The position numbers and the translations under genes are program-made. 33,108 bases of DNA from Corallochytrium limacisporum Hawaii (taxonomy: Eukaryota > Protista > Pluriformea). Positions 30,907 through 33,108 of this stretch are shown piece after piece. A model generated the notes under the pieces. That model saw only the letters and a program-made list of their open reading frames with translations, did not search any database and was not told the DNA's origin. The stretch is from contig PDIP01000177.1 of assembly GCA_002811645.1 (NCBI GenBank), positions 1 to 33,108 of the forward strand. The letters run 5' to 3'. How positions within the stretch are numbered: position 1 is the first letter of the stretch; each line of letters begins with the position of its first letter.

Positions 30907-32043
30907 CTAAGGCCGCTTGGGAAGGCCAAAGGCGATGGGATAGTGCAGGCCGTTACGAGTGGACCACTTCTCCTCAGCCTTGTCAATGAAGTCGCAGATG
31001 CGTTCAGAGACCACCTCCGGATGTTCATTGACCACATCATGACCAGCATTCTCGACTGTGAAAAGTTTCGCATTCAAGTGCTTCCGCATGTGGTAAGAGT
31101 TGGTGGGAGGGACAAGCACATCGCTGTCTCCACAGATAAGCTGCACGGGCACGCCACTGTCGCGGATCTGGTGCATGCGGTCTTCACGCATGCAGTGTCC
31201 CAGTCCAGCTGCCAAGTGAGTCAGTCCAGCGAAGGGTGCGTGACCAAGCTGAAGAATGTCTTTCAGCCCAACAAGCAGCTGCTCGACGCGTTTTTCGTCT
31301 CTGCAAGTCTTATCGCTGTAAAGGAATGACGAGATGTTGCGCATAGCTTTGTCATTGTCGTTCTGGACTTCCAAGTAGCAATACCTCAACATTGTTTCAA
31401 GTGATGGCAGGAGGGTCGTGTTGTACAGACCAGGTCCAGTGTTGATCAGAGTACATGACTTCAGCTGGACAGTGTGACGACTCATAAACTCTTGACCAAT
31501 CATGCCACCCAGAGAAATACCGACGAAATGAGCAGTGTCCCATCCAAGGTGAGAAATCAGGTATGAGGCATCGCGAGCCATGATAGACGTGCTACTGGCG
31601 AGATTGGGCATGGAGGATTCACCACAGCCCCGATTGTCATATGCGCAGATCTCGCAGTCGTTGTTCTCTAGGAGCAAGTTGATCAGGTTGGCCCATGCCT
31701 CCAAACGCATACTCAGACCCATCACGAGCAAAATCTTCTTTGGTGCGTCCTCGTCACCGTACAAGTTGTACCTGATCCTAATGTCTCCATACATGTTTCC
31801 ATCGACCAAGCAAAAGTCACGGACACGTGGCCTAGGGTAACCCAGTTCGCAACCGGGCCAGCTGGTACAGCTGCTTCTTGTGCTGCTCCTACGGAGCTGT
31901 ATGGTTTGGTCCACATGCCACCCATGGCTCTCAGCAGTGGCCGCTGGAGCGGAATTGTTAAGGACGTCAGATGCCTTTGTCATGGGGGTAGGCTCAGATG
32001 TTTCTGTACCGGCAACGTTTGCAGGAGATTCGGTGGCCAGCAT
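30907..32043 (-). CDS. Alpha/beta-fold hydrolase, tandem paralogue of 28450-29457, 378 aa
   Basis: LVMGLS, YDNRGCGESS, GISLGG, CGDSDVLV, AGHDV. Shares the N-terminal PRVRDF..VD...YGD.R..Y.LYG block with its neighbour. Confidence 0.92.
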   Translation of the reverse strand: MLATESPANVAGTETSEPTPMTKASDVLNNSAPAATAESHGWHVDQTIQLRRSSTRSSCTSWPGCELGYPRPRVRDFCLVDGNMYGDIRIRYNLYGDEDAPKKILLVMGLSMRLEAWANLINLLLENNDCEICAYDNRGCGESSMPNLASSTSIMARDASYLISHLGWDTAHFVGISLGGMIGQEFMSRHTVQLKSCTLINTGPGLYNTTLLPSLETMLRYCYLEVQNDNDKAMRNISSFLYSDKTCRDEKRVEQLLVGLKDILQLGHAPFAGLTHLAAGLGHCMREDRMHQIRDSGVPVQLICGDSDVLVPPTNSYHMRKHLNAKLFTVENAGHDVVNEHPEVVSERICDFIDKAEEKWSTRNGLHYPIAFGLPKRP

Positions 32044-33108
32044 GACTAAAGGTTATATTATCAGATACGAATTATTGCACACACAAATTCTCACAATCTA
32101 GATCCGAAGAGTTGACTTTGTCTTTCTTATACCTCAGAATATAAAATGCTGTTCACACAGGCTCTGATATGGTCAACGATATTTCTGTCCGAATGATACC
32201 GTCATTCCTGGGGGTTTGTGCAATATTTCGTACCTAAACTCCTAAGCAAACCAGCATATCTGTACGCATGTTCCTTTGCCACGCCGAGAATCCATTCTGG
32301 GATTGCAGAACGGGCCCACTATAGCTACAATCAGGAGCCACTTGACTGCCCGCCCCACCGATTTAAGATATCTTCCTACGATAAAGGACGGAGCTCCTTC
32401 AAAAAGGCAAGAAAGCCGGGGGGCAAGCGTGTGTACATAATCAATGGATGATAATCGCTTGGGATAGTACATGCGAACACCTAACCAGCACGCTACACAA
32501 GCGGGGTTGAGCACTGGGCCGCGCTCTCATGCTTGTGGTCTCCTCGGAAGACCCGCCCCACTCGCTCGGCTGTGGAGTTTTCCTTCCGCTGCCTCCTGGA
32601 CACCACCCCTTGCAACTATGTACCCTACCCTTCTCCGGCACAGACCCCGAAAAAAAATCCGTCACTCCAGTACTGTATGAATGTGGTGGGGGAGTTCTAT
32701 TCTCTGCACTGCACCTGTAGGAGGGCCACCTCACCTGAATTCTCATGAATCATTACATGAGGATATCTTGTGGCACATGTAAGCCCCCGTCTCTTCTATT
32801 TTTTGGCCATGGGAGATATCTTATGTTAACCGCCATCAGGGAAAATGCCATCTGGGCCTTCATATGTGGTAAGCAATTTCTCACTGATAGGGTTAGCCAA
32901 TGGTAAGCGTAATCGGTCCATAAATTTGGTACCCCTAGGGTATCATTAAGTAGCACCCACCTATCGCACATTCCTTTCACCCTCAAATCATTGAGCTATC
33001 GAGTTTTAATCCCGCGCAGCGCACCAAAACTCGTGATTACCAACCTCTGCCCCATAAGTTAAGGAGGAATCTGCCTAAAAACATGCACCGTAATATAAGG
33101 AGGGAGAT

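Noticed and set aside
1-33108. CRISPR arrays, prokaryotic operons or defence systems, transposases, reverse transcriptases, rRNA/snRNA genes, SECIS or stop-codon recoding
   Set aside because: None were seen. The DNA is eukaryotic, all long ORFs read in the standard code, and no repeat-spacer arrays or mobile-element coding motifs were found.

Overview
Eukaryotic (very probably opisthokont) draft-assembly DNA with four N-gaps. Eight well-supported protein genes are present, and only one has a coding intron. In order: a 5-repeat RPEL-only protein (+, one GT-AG intron), THOC6-like WD40 (-), a Pil1/Lsp1-type eisosome BAR-domain protein with an Ala/Glu/Lys tail (+), a ~1077-aa disordered protein whose Stum/SPEC3 membrane domain is split by a ~203-aa insertion (-), AVL9 (+), CTF18 (-), and two tandem alpha/beta-hydrolase paralogues (-), only one of which ends in the peroxisomal signal -SRL. 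Upstream regions are long and full of (GA)n/(CA)n microsatellites and C-run/G-run palindromes, several at the gaps. Regions between convergent genes are shorter and nearly free of such repeats. The most striking points are (i) a clear Pil1-like protein, a family regarded as fungal, next to a Stum/SPEC3 protein and near THOC6, families better known from animals and protists, and (ii) the split Stum domain. Family calls rest on motif recognition from memory, not on database searches. The organism cannot be identified from the window.
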